Source of the DNA: Candidatus Altimarinota bacterium
Lineage (GTDB): Bacteria > Patescibacteriota > Gracilibacteria > BD1-5 > UBA2023
DNA length: 30,019 nucleotides
Direction: 5' to 3'
Assembly (NCBI GenBank): GCA_043778965.1
Contig: JAYWFD010000090.1
Coordinates: 1 to 30,019, forward strand
Made by a program: the position numbers and the translations under genes. Each line of letters opens with the position of its first letter. The first letter of the stretch is position 1. Under the pieces are notes generated by a model. It had not been told where the DNA came from and searched no databases. It was given only the letters and a program-made list of their open reading frames with translations. Positions 8,900 to 19,909 of the stretch are shown one piece after another.

Positions 8900-9565
8900 C
8901 TATTTCATCATATCACTTCCCGTCTTTGGCACTTCGAGCCATGTATCGAGAAGGCTACGGAGAATGACTGGATCACGAAATACTGAGTTATCGAGCTTCT
9001 TCCCATCAAGGAGTACTGTCGGTGTACCAGAGATGCCGAGCGTGTCTCACTCCTTCATTTCAGCGCGGACTTGATCGAGGTATCTATTGCCTTTGAGACA
9101 CACTGCGAGTTTCGCACTATCGAGTATATCTTTCCCTGCATTCACTCGTTCCTCATCTGATACTTTTGCTCCTGATTTGGCTGATTCCATAGCATAGAGA
9201 GACTTCTTATATTCCATATACTTCCCTTGTTCGGCACCACAGAGAGCAGCAAGTGCATCTCTTTCTGCATTTTTATGAATTGAAGTAAGTGGGAATTGTT
9301 TATATGTGATCTGCACATACCCTTTACTTACATACTCTTCGAAGATAGGTCCGACGATCTTATCCGTCGCGATACAAGCCGGGCACTGGAAGTCAGCAAA
9401 TACTGAAAGAGTATGCTTTCCTGATCCAAATGTTGGAGAAGGGATTTTTGCCTGAATTCATGATGTAGGAGCAGTAGTCGATCCTGATGAAGTTGTATCA
9501 GAACCTCCTGGAGTACATGAAGTAAGTACAAGGAGAGAAAGTACGATAGAGAGAGAAATACGCAT
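8900..9565 (-). CDS. dsbA: DsbA-family thiol:disulfide oxidoreductase lipoprotein, 221 aa
   Basis: Signal peptide with lipobox (MRISLSIVLSLLVLTSC), FADFQCPAC (CxxC), YKQFPL..IH.NA, GISGTPT (cis-Pro loop). Stop TAG at 8900-8902. Confidence 0.9.
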
Positions 9566-9672
9566 AAAGTGTAACGGTAAAGAAGTTATTTTGATATGAC
9601 CTCTTGTATTATAAGGATTTTTATAAGAGTGCAAATTTTGCTTTTTTTCATGGTTTCAGATACAATAGAAGT

Positions 9673-11283
9673 ATGCAGAAATCTGTTTTTCTTCTCACTC
9701 TCATCTCTTTGTTTTTTTATCCATTTTTCGTATTCGCGGAGGAGGGTTTTATCGGAGAAAATCCTGGATTTGATTTCTACTCGAAAATAGATGAATGAAG
9801 CTTCAAAGTTTTACAAAAGACTGTAAATAAGCGTCTACAAGAAAATCCTATGCTCAATCAGTTCGGGAAGAAATGTATAGCGGCTGAACTCCTCCTGAAA
9901 AATATACCCACGACAAGTGCTACACTCGATGCTATCGAGAATGGAGATTATACATGATTCACACAGAAGATCATAGAAAATATGAAGGCCAATCCCAATG
10001 CTTGAGGCTCTATATCAACTGAGATATTCTCAGATCTCACCAGGTGTATCACGAATGAATATAGAAATCTCAAGAAAGATGTACAAACCGAAACTGATAC
10101 CCGTGTAAATATATCCTATCTTGGGCTCTACATGGATGGCGATAAAAATAATTCTGAATATGATATCATCACAGATATAGAAAAAATAAATGGACTCATA
10201 TTTTCAGAAGATCTAAAATATCAAGGATCTCCGAATGCTGCAGGAAAGTGATTCAAGGATTTCATCTCAAGCAAAGCTATCGCACCACTCTTCCCTCTCG
10301 CAAATATAGCAGCAAATGGAAATATCCCGAATACTCCTCCTGCAAATACTACAGTAAGCTGAAGTGCTAATCCTAATCCGACGAGTAACACGAGTGCTGC
10401 GGAAAATCTCAAGGCTCTCCTCGGAGGGACTTGCAGTACTACTACGCCTATAGGGCCTGTCAGTGGGATCGTAGATGATGCCTTCCTTGCTGATCTTGCA
10501 TGAATACTCTCAACTGGTGGTGGAGGGTCTTCTGTCGGTGGTGGATATAGTGCGAGTTCATGATCTGATATTTCTGCTTCTGGATCAGCAAGTGGGAATG
10601 TGACACCCACTCAAACCAGTGCAGGAGACTTCTTCCATGAGATGCCATGTAGCTCTATATTTTGTATCAAGATAAAGATGGTACCCTGAACTACGAACGC
10701 TCTCGGTGGTGGGAAAAATGTATCGATAGAATGACTTCTGGATAAGCATATCAAGATCATGCAACCAATATCTGAAAGTGCTCTCGGTTGTGAAGTGATG
10801 ACGAATAATACTGCATCTTCTCCGAAGAAATGACTCAATCTACCAAGTACACTTGCAGGACTCAAGGTATTTCTCGATGAAAATCCTCAAAAAACTCGTC
10901 GAGATAAAAAAGAGGCAACTCCAGAAAGAGAAGCCCAAGAACTCAAGGATATCCAAAAATGTGGAAATGCTTCTGCTGGACTATCGACTGATGAAGCAAG
11001 AGCACGAAGTATCGGCGGTGCTGGATACAATAGGACATCCTGATATACGAGTGAAACAGTCTGAAATGGAGCAATCCCCCTCGGACCCCAAGAAGCTGCT
11101 GAAATAGTAAAATTCACCGACTGTGTGAACTCTCATATGAATACTGGAAGAAAATCTTACTATGACTCATTCTCTACTGATCTCACGGAGATACAGGCCT
11201 ATACCGCGAATATGCTCAACCAAATTAACAATATCATATCGAATCTCACAGAGATGAATTCCAAAAAAGATGCTTGTTCTTAA
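9673..11283 (+). CDS. Large exported hypothetical protein, 536 aa, about 9 Cys, with a central Ser/Gly/Thr/Pro-rich linker
   Basis: Signal peptide MQKSVFLLTLISLFFYPFFVFA. Continuous frame with TGA=Gly to TAA 11281-11283. Promoter TTGCTT-17-TACAAT lies 6 nt upstream. Confidence 0.85.
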
Positions 11284-11290
11284 ATATACT

Positions 11291-12544
11291 ATGCACATAC
11301 TTCCATCTATCATCTGAATTTTCAGTATCATACTCCTTTTTATACTCGCAGGAGTACAAGTATGAGTCGCTTGTACTATAGAGAAGTGACCTCCCCCACT
11401 CCTTCTCAAATACCAGAAAGATATCTGAGATAACCTCGGTAAGATCAAATCATTTGCATCAGGAAAGAATCTCTGTAGTGGGAAAAATGGAACATTCTCG
11501 AATGAGAATAGATTCGGAGAATTCTTCCAAACTATCGGAACAAGAGCTCTCTATTCTCAGGATCTTCTGACAGATTTTAAGTATACGATCATAGTGACGA
11601 GTGAGTGAAACTCAAAGTGACCCGTAGTCAACCAGTGAAAAATCCTCGAAAATATCGAAGCAAATCAATTCGTTCCTGCAATCAAAAATATCGTATGAGC
11701 TTGTACTCTCGATGAAGTTGATCCAGCTACGGGGATGAGCCCACGAACCGCTCTATCGAATATGCTCGAAGTTCATAGATCTCTCGTCGCATACTATAAA
11801 GCCGTAGTCGTATGAGAGAAGCGGGTTCCTGCGGGACTGGAGTGAGATATGCAAGCACTCTTCATGGAAATACTAGGTAACTATAACCAAGAGAGCACCG
11901 CGACTTGTAAGTCTGATGCGGGAGTCGGCAATATCCAAGATATCATGGAAAAGATCCAAAAACGTCTCCAAACATCAGCAAAGAAAACTGGTGATACTCA
12001 AGATGATTGGGGGAAAGCGGTCGACCTCCTCCTCGGGAAGTGAGCAAAAACCAAAGCATATGCAGATCTCCAAAAGCGTCTCTTATCTGCCGAGCTTGCA
12101 CGTCAATGAGTGACTCAGAAGGCCCGTGACTCCATGCTCAAGAAGCTCTCTTGCGTCCAAGGCAAAACTGATCCTGGAAGCAACCCTGAAGAACTCGGAA
12201 AAGCAAACTACGAATGTAGTGAGGTCACCTCGACTATAGCAGCAAATGTCACAAGCTTCATGAAGTGACTGATCTGGAAATCCAAAACAACTGATCAGTT
12301 CATCGAAAGAAGTCTCGCCTATGATACAGCAAAAGTACGACTTGGGACAGATATGTGAGCATTTTGGAAAGAGATCCAAAAAGCAAAAACCAATGATGAA
12401 ACTCTCAATGAAAAGATGATCACCGATCTCGTCAATATCCATGCACAGATAACTATTACCAATGATCTCCTCAAGAAGAAAACTCCAGATGCCTATAAGA
12501 ACTGTATGAAAGGTCAACCAGATATCGCTTGTCCTCAACCTTAG
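11291..12544 (+). CDS. Exported hypothetical protein, 417 aa, about 7 Cys, helical/coiled character
   Basis: Hydrophobic N-terminus MHILPSIIGIFSIILLFILAGVQVGVAC. Open to TAG 12542-12544, starts 7 nt after the previous gene, and its stop overlaps the convergent xth stop. Confidence 0.85.
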
Positions 12545-13413
12545 ATCGATATATCGAGATCTATCACTATAGGACAGTGGTCTGATCCCATATGAAGGGG
12601 AAGGTATTCGATATTTTTTGTATTTTTTTCTATACCTTCACTTCCCCACCAAGCATCGATCCTCCATCCGACATTTCGCTCACGAGAGCGAGTGATCACA
12701 TCCCACCATGAGTAGACTTCTGCCTGATCAGGATTTCGTACACGAAACATATCATGCCATCCATCTGTCACACGGCCATCGAGCCATGCACGTTCGAGTG
12801 GATGAAATCCGATTTTTCCAGCGTTCTCCTTCGGGCGAGCAAGATCGATCTCATGATGAGAACAGTTTAAGTCTCATCCCCAAAGTACATGATGTCCACT
12901 CTCCCTGAGTGCATCCATATACTGTGCAAACTCGGCATAAAATACGATCTTCCCCTTCCATGCATCTTCACTTTTCCCTCCATTCGGGAAGTAGATACCA
13001 AAAATATCGATAATCCCCTGCTCCGTCATTGCGAGGAAATTTTTCTGTTCGTGTGAAAAATCGACGTGGCAATGACTGATAGTAGCATTCTTCACTTTTA
13101 ATTCCACATGCGCGACTCTTCCTTCATTCGCAGTAGGATCATCAGGAAAGCTATCGAGAAATCTCACTATCGCTTGTTCATACACTCGATCATGGATCCA
13201 TACTCACGTCCCAGCATATCAGGCTTTCTCTGCAGGATTATAGTGAGCGGTATAACCTGGTGGTGAGAGGAGGTACGCCGACAGCTTATCGGGAGTCGCT
13301 TTGATCTCCTGCATGAAGAAAATATCTGGATCATGCGATGATATCAGATTTTGGATTTCTCACTTTTTTTCTGTAGCTCGGATGCCGTTTACATTCCAGG
13401 AGATGATTTTCAT
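12541..13413 (-). CDS. xth: Exodeoxyribonuclease III / AP endonuclease, 290 aa, carrying an in-frame insertion
   Basis: MKIISWNVNGIRA, MQEIKA, AEKAGYAGTGVW, EGRV, IYFPNG, YSWWD, NVGWRIDAWW, GSDHCPI. Confidence 0.93.
13025..13076. repeat. Palindromic CGTC/RPE-like element inside the xth coding sequence
   Basis: GTCATTGC-GAGGAA-ATTTTTC-TGTTCGTGT-GAAAAAT-CGACGTG-GCAATGAC: 8-bp terminal inverted repeat plus 7-bp inner inverted repeat. Reads SHCHVDFSHEQKNFLAMT in the xth frame. Confidence 0.75.
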
Positions 13414-13415
13414 AT

Positions 13416-15239
13416 TTATTCTACCGTTACGGATTTTGCAAGATTGCGTGGTTTATCGATATCACGGCCGAGAACGTTCGCCACGTGGTAGGAGAAGAGT
13501 TGGAGGATGATCACTTCGAGGAATACATTGAGTTCATCATGAAGTGGAGTGAATTCTATCGTATCAGAGTAGACAGATTTCTTCGGATCCGTCGATGCGA
13601 TAATCCCGATGACTTTTCCATTTCGAGCTTTGATCTCTTCGACGGAAGAGTGATTTTTCGCCATGAGTGGACCTCATCCATTCACGATGATCGTGGGGAA
13701 ATCTTCTTCGATCAGGGCGATACTTCCATGTTTAAGTTCTCAGGATGAGTAGGCTTCTGAGTGTATATACGTGAGCTCCTTGAGTTTCAGAGATCACTCC
13801 ATGGCGATCGGAAGTTCGAGTGAACGACCGAGATAGAAGAAGTTCTCATATTTCGCATATTTCTCAGCAACTTTACGGATCGCCTCTGAAGTCAAGAGAG
13901 TATCTTCTATACGTTCAGATAATACTGAAAGTGAAGTGAGGATGTCACGATATCGACGATAGTCGAGTCACTTTTTCTTCCCGAGATAGAGTGAGAGGAA
14001 GAGGAAGCATCCGACCTGTGCGACGAAAGCCTTCGTCGATGCGACACCGACTTCGACTCCTGCACGGATGAAGAGTCCTTGTTCCGCTGTACGAGCAATC
14101 GCAGAACCTGGAACATTCACGATCCCGAATACATGACCTCACTGTTCTTTCACGATTTTGAGTCCATCCAGTGTATCGATCGTCTCCCCTGATTGTGAGA
14201 CGAATATGTAAAGCGTCTCTTTGTTTATGAATTTTTTCTTATATTTGAACTCAGTCGATACGACGACATCAGTCGGAAGGCTTGCAAGTTCTTCAAGATA
14301 GTACTTCCCGAGAAGTCCTGCATGATAACTCGTCCCTGATGCTACGATGATAGCATTTGTAATACCAAGAGTCGATATTCTTGCGAGTGTATCCGAGTGG
14401 AGTTCTCCTGTTTCAAAATCGATACGTCCACGCCATACATTTTGAAGTACCTCACCTTGCTCGAATATTTCTTTGAGCATAAAGTGTGGATAATCTCCAA
14501 GATCGATGGGCTTCTCTGTCTCATCGATCGCATGATGAGATCGCTCGACTGGATTCCCTGAAGCACGAACGATATAATCTTCTGGGGTAAGCATGAACAT
14601 ATCTCCATCTTCGAGGATGATATAGTCATCGATCAGTCCTATGAGTGATCGATAATCCGATGAGACAAATCGCTCACCTTCACCAAATCAGAGCACCATA
14701 GGAGATCATTTTTTCGCACCAAATATACGATCTGGATGATCTCTATCGAGAAATACGAGTCCATACGCTCACTCGATACGAGCAAGAAGAAGGGAAAGCG
14801 CTTCCAGATGATCTCCAGTAAAGATATCCTCATAGAGTGCGACGACGACTTCAGTATCTGTTTGTGATTGGAAATTATATCATTTTTCTATGAGTTCTGA
14901 TTTAAGCTCACTATAGTTTTCGATAATACCATTATGAATCACGACAAATCTCCCATTCTCTGAAGTATGCGGATGACAATTGGCCTCTGTGACTCCACCA
15001 TGAGTTGCCCACCGAGTATGTCCGATCCCCGCATGGTACGATGCAAGATCATAGGTATCTGACTTTATTTTGAGTCCACTCACCTTCCCGATAGAGCGGA
15101 TGACTTCGATCTTTTTCTCATGATTGACGACACAGATACCTGCTGAGTCATACCCTCGATATTCAAGGCGCTGAAGACCTGCCAGGACTTCTTTATGAGC
15201 ATTTCCAATACGACCAAGATATCAGAAGATTCAACACAT
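13416..15239 (-). CDS. glmS: Glutamine-fructose-6-phosphate aminotransferase (isomerizing), 607 aa
   Basis: N-terminal M-C-G(TGA)-I-F-G(TGA), LEYRGYDSAG, GHTRWATHG, HNGIIEN, MLKEIFEQ, SQSGETIDT, VASTKAF, C-terminal DKPRNLAKSVTVE. Confidence 0.97.
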
Positions 15240-15397
15240 ATGAAACAAAATTAGAGAATATGAAAAATGGTACGGAAAAAGAGAGAAAAATCAAAGAAAA
15301 TACCGTATTTATTTGCTTTTTTACGAAGATTATGAGACCATTGAAAGATACCGAATGAAGAACACTTCATCTCATCTCTATTCCCTATCATTTTTCT

Positions 15398-16486
15398 ATG
15401 GACTACTCGCTGCTTTTTGCTGGACTCTGCCTCTTTCTCGTTTGTGCCTTCGAATTTATCAATGGCTTTCATGATACAGCGAATGCCGTAGCACCAGTAA
15501 TATACTCGAACTCTCTCGCACCGAAAAAAGCAGTGCTTCTTGCAGCATTCTTTAATTTTCTCGGGGTAGTCATAGGTGGAACATGAGTAGCTATAGGTAT
15601 TATGAAACTACTTCCTCTCGATAAGATTGCACATTCTGGAATGGCTTTTGGTATTTGTGCAGTGCTCTCACTTCTTATAGCGGCAATTATATGGAATTTT
15701 GGAACCTGGTATATGGGACTTCCTGCATCAAGTTCACATACTCTTATCGGCTCGATACTCGGAGTATCTCTTGTGATGTACTGGACTGATCCGAGTATAG
15801 TGCTTCCGACAAAGAAAACTATCGAAGTATTTGAGTCACTTCTTGTTTCACCTGTAGTAGGTTTTATGCTTGCATTTGGTGCGATGCACCTACTTCATCT
15901 CTATGTAAAGAATCGTGACTTCTTCCAGCACCCCGGACGATTCTGGAATAAATATCCAAAATCATGGATAAAAACAACTCTCATCACTTCCAGTGCATTC
16001 GTAAGTTTTGCTCATGGATCCAATGATGGCCAAAAAGGTGTCGGTCTTGCAATGCTTATCCTCATCGCCTTTTTCCCAAAAGAATATGATATTCCTGGAA
16101 TTATCTGAGGTACAGAAAAAATCCCATACTGGGTTATCATCATGATATCTATATCGCTCGGACTTGGAACTATGGTCGGCTGGAAACGTATCGTGATCAC
16201 TATCGGCGAAAAAATCGGAAAAGATAAGCTTACTTATGCACAAGCGACTGTAGCATCGATCATGACAGCTGTCACTATCCAGACAGCATCCCACTTCCAT
16301 CTTCCTGTATCTACGACACATATACTTTCTTCATGAGTCGCAGGTACTATGGCACACGAGCATGGAAAGTGAGGTCTTCAAGGCGGTACGATCAAGGCGA
16401 TACTCATGGCTTGGATACTTACCCTTCCTGTTTCGACTCTTCTTGCATGATCTATATTTTTCATATTAAAGAGTGTTTTCATATAA
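15398..16486 (+). CDS. Inorganic phosphate transporter, PiT family, 362 aa
   Basis: [11 protein letters not shown] and AHGSNDGQK signature pair, [24 protein letters not shown]. Open to TAA 16484-16486. Confidence 0.92.
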
Positions 16487-16574
16487 TAATACTATTGCTC
16501 TAAGCTGCTTCTTCCCTATACTCTCTCGGCTCAGATATAGGTAGATTTTTTAAAAACAAAATTCGCAGTAATAA

Positions 16575-17663
16575 ATGGATATCTTTATCATCTTTATCAT
16601 TTGTACTCTCTGAAGTATCGTTCTGACAGCGATTGTCTTTTTTGTGATCAATATTTTTTATGCAAGCAAGGGATATAAATGAATCATTTCGGATCACTTC
16701 GATGGAAAGCGGTTCTATAATATCGGATGGTCTCCGAAAGAATCTTACCGTATAGAAAGAAGTGATGATAAAAAAGGATGACTGATCTACTGGCTCCTCC
16801 ATCGAGAGAAAAATAAGTGGAAGAAAAGAGAGATTGCAACTACGATTCCCGTAGAACGAAATATGAGTGGTGAGGCAATAGTGACTTATATAGGGCATGC
16901 GACTGTACTCATACAAATAGCTGGACTCAATATCCTGACTGATCCCGTATGGTCGAATCGAGCAAGTCCATTTTCATGGACTGGACCTCGTCGGTTTACT
17001 GATCCTGGGGTCAAGATCGAAGATCTCCCAGAGATCGATATCATCCTTCTTTCCCACAATCACTACGATCATATGGATATTTCGACGCTGAAACAACTCA
17101 AAACGAAAGATAATCCTCTCATCTATACTGGTCTCGGGAATGTGAAATACCTCAAAGATCGTCATATCGATAATGTTATAGAAATGGATTGGTGGCAAGA
17201 AATAGAACATCAAAAATGAGAAATGACCGCAAAGATCATCTATCTTCCTGCCCAACACTTCTCCGCTCGTGGACTGACTGATAGAAATAAAACTCTCTGG
17301 TGAGGATTTCGTATGGAAGTGGGAGGAAAATCCATTTATTTTGCCTGAGATACTGGATATGGCCCCTTTATCGACAGCATATATGAGAAATACCCTGAAG
17401 GATTCGATATAGGCCTCATCCCTATAGGTGCTTATAAGCCTCGTTGGTTTATGGCTCCTGTACATACAGATCCTTTCGAAGGCATGTGACTCCAACGAGA
17501 ACTCAGCATTAGAAAGTCTCTCGGAATACACTATGGTACCTTCGATCTTGCGGATGATAACCAAGATGAACCCCTCGAAGATCTCAAAAAGGCAAAAGAA
17601 GATCCACGTTATAAAGACCAAATTTTTGAGATAGGACCAAGTGGAACGAGCTGGACTTGGTAA
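16575..17663 (+). CDS. Metallo-beta-lactamase-fold hydrolase (NAPE-PLD/RomA-like) with N-terminal membrane anchor, 362 aa
   Basis: SDHFDGKRFYN, YIGHAT, LTDPVWS.RASP, LSHNHYDHMD (HxHxDH), FAG(TGA)DTGY, PIGAYKP, IHYGTF. Confidence 0.88.
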
Positions 17664-17759
17664 TATTGCTCGTGCAAACATTTGCAATTATAAAAAATAT
17701 CACTATATTTCTGACCTTTGATCCTTCGTCCCTTTTTATCTCTATTTTTACAAGAAACT

Positions 17760-18125
17760 ATGCCCGCCTCTCGTATTACTATGTCACGTCGTCGGTTTGT
17801 CGAAGAGCTCCAGAAGTCCTCTCGTGTGACCTTTTCTGATCTTAGAAAATCCCTTGTCACGAGTGGACACATGAATCTCGCGACGCTCTATCGTATCGTC
17901 GATGCCTTTTCAGCACAGTGACTCATCCATGAGATGACGATCGCCTGAGAGCGAGTGATATTCCCTTGTCAGTGCGATAATCCCTCTGAGAACGATGCTG
18001 TGACCGTGAGCTTCTGTGAGAACTGTGGAACTATATATGATATCCATACGAAGCTCGCGAGTCCTTATATCTCGAGTACGACATACGCTCGTATGAAGAG
18101 TTGCAATGCTTGTGTGCTCAGATAG
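17760..18125 (+). CDS. Fur-family transcriptional regulator (paralogue 1), 121 aa
   Basis: Winged-helix segment NLATLYRIVDAFSAQG(TGA)LIHE, then FCENCG and C-terminal CNAC (two CxxC). Confidence 0.8.
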
Positions 18126-18143
18126 ATATCCTTCTTACTCTCG

Positions 18144-18177
18144 AAAAATCCTTCGAGATTATTTCGAAGGATTTTTT
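18144..18177. terminator. Intrinsic terminator after Fur paralogue 1
   Basis: 13-bp perfect stem AAAAATCCTTCGA / TCGAAGGATTTTT. Confidence 0.75.
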
Positions 18178-18252
18178 ATCTAAAATAATTTAGAAATATT
18201 TGCATTTGCAAAAATATGCATAGTATAAGGAAATACTGTATAAACCATACCC

Positions 18253-18594
18253 ATGCTGTCTACTGTCCATCGACGTCATATCCAGAGTCTTTTCGAGGAA
18301 CGAGAGTCTCTGACTTTCGATGAACTCAAAAAAACTTTCATCGATACCAAAGAGATGAATTCGACGACACTCTACCGCATCATCGATGCATTCGTCCGTG
18401 AGCATATCATCCACGAGATACGAGTCGGTGATGAGCGTATATTCACCCTCTGTCATGGACATAGAGATGAGTGAGTGAAGCTCTCCTATTGTACAAAATG
18501 TACGACCGTGAGCGAGTCCCACTTCCCTCTCGCACCCGAAGCTATGAAGTCTGAGTCTGTAGAGTTTTTGAAGTACTGTACTCAGTGTAAATAA
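18253..18594 (+). CDS. Fur-family transcriptional regulator (paralogue 2), 113 aa
   Basis: NSTTLYRIIDAFVREHIIHE, then YCTKC and terminal CTQCK*. Extends past TGA 18472 to TAA 18592-18594. Confidence 0.8.
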
Positions 18595-18616
18595 TACTAT
18601 CAGATAATTTTTTCTT

Positions 18617-18886
18617 ATGAAATTTTCAAAAATTGGACTCTCACTTATTTGAATATACTTATCGATCACGTTATCGTTATGGATTTATGCGGCCACCTGC
18701 AAAACTTTATACTGCTGACTGATAGTGCTTGTTTCGATCTTTCCATGGTTTTTTGTATTTGAGAATTTTATGGATGACTCTATTTTTAGTTATCTCTTAT
18801 CCATTGGCCTCAATCTCATTTTTGTATATACCGTTTGAATATGATTGAGTAAACTATGGTGAAGAATACATGGAAAAGGATCTTAA
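18617..18886 (+). CDS. Small integral membrane protein, 89 aa (missed by the ORF track)
   Basis: MKFSKIGLSLIGIYLSITLSLWIYAATCKTLYCGLIVLVSIFPWFF...GIGLSKLWGRIHGKGS*; five TGA=Gly codons and three hydrophobic segments. Confidence 0.7.
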
Positions 18887-18992
18887 ATTCGTCATAGCGT
18901 AAAGTTAATATTGTCTATATATGCAAAACCTTACGTCCTCTGAAGTTATCGTTCAAAAAACACAACAACAAAGTAAATTAAATAACTATCCT

Positions 18993-19781
18993 ATGTTCAC
19001 ACCTCTTCTTATCCTCACTCTTATCTCAGCTACTGGACTCCTCCTCTATGGTTTCAAAAGGATAAATCCTACACTCATAAATCTCCTCATCGCCCTCGGT
19101 GCTGGATCGATGCTCTCAGTATCACTCGTGCATATCCTTCCTGAATCTTTAGAGCAATCAGCAAATGCCATCTATGCATTTCTCACAGGATTTATCATCA
19201 TCTATATCATCGAGGAGCTCCTCACTCCCCATAAGCATGATCATGGTCATGGCGATCATATACATGAGGATCCCCATGAACACTCTGATCATGTCGCGAT
19301 CATATCATTTGTCACGATATTTGCCCATACTCTACTCGATGGGCTCGGGATACGAGCTGGTATGGGACTCTCAGAACTTGCAGGGTATGCGATCCTCTTC
19401 GGCGTTGCCATGCATCAGATTCCTGTCTCACTCTCACTTGCTGCGATACTTCGAGAGTCAAAGCTGAGAAAAAAAATCCAAATACCACTTCTTGTACTCT
19501 TCGCCCTTGCAGCACCTTTAGGATACGTGCTCTCAGATCTTATACTTTCGAATGTATCAGAGGTATTTGTAGGACTTGCTGCTGCTTTCGCCTGAGGTTC
19601 TCTTCTCTATGTAGCAACTTCTGATCTCCTCCCGATGATCCACTCTCAGTCGAGAAATAAATATCTCACTATATCAGTATTCCTACTTGGTACAATTCTT
19701 ATGACCCTCTTTGCAAGTCATAACCCTGAACATCACGAAGATAAAGAATCTCAACATGTACTCAGTCAAGATACGCATTAG
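18993..19781 (+). CDS. ZIP-family metal (zinc) transporter, 262 aa
   Basis: LGAGSMLSVSLVHILPES, His-rich loop HKHDHGHGDHIHEDPHEHSDH, TM4 AHTLLDG, TM5 MHQIP, LYVATSDLLP. Start chosen at ATG 18993 (the track starts at 18921). Confidence 0.9.
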
Positions 19782-19909
19782 CAAAGATTAATTCTTTATT
19801 AATTCTCCCATATATTGATTATAATTAAATAGCAATATACAAATAGGTAGTTTTGTTGACAAAATTTTGGTTCGAGATAAGAGAGTGGTATGATGGTAGA
19901 AATCGATAC

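Noticed and set aside
15240-15397. glmS ribozyme upstream of glmS
   Set aside because: The minus-strand upstream region is short, AT-rich and shared with the divergent pit promoter. I could not find the conserved ribozyme core (AGCGC...GACGAGG).
16974-17687. Long antisense track ORFs (for example 16974..17687, 10221..10610, 12083..12538, 16500..16916, 20917..21441, 22853..23398)
   Set aside because: They are shadows opposite well-supported genes, with no motifs, promoters or plausible composition.
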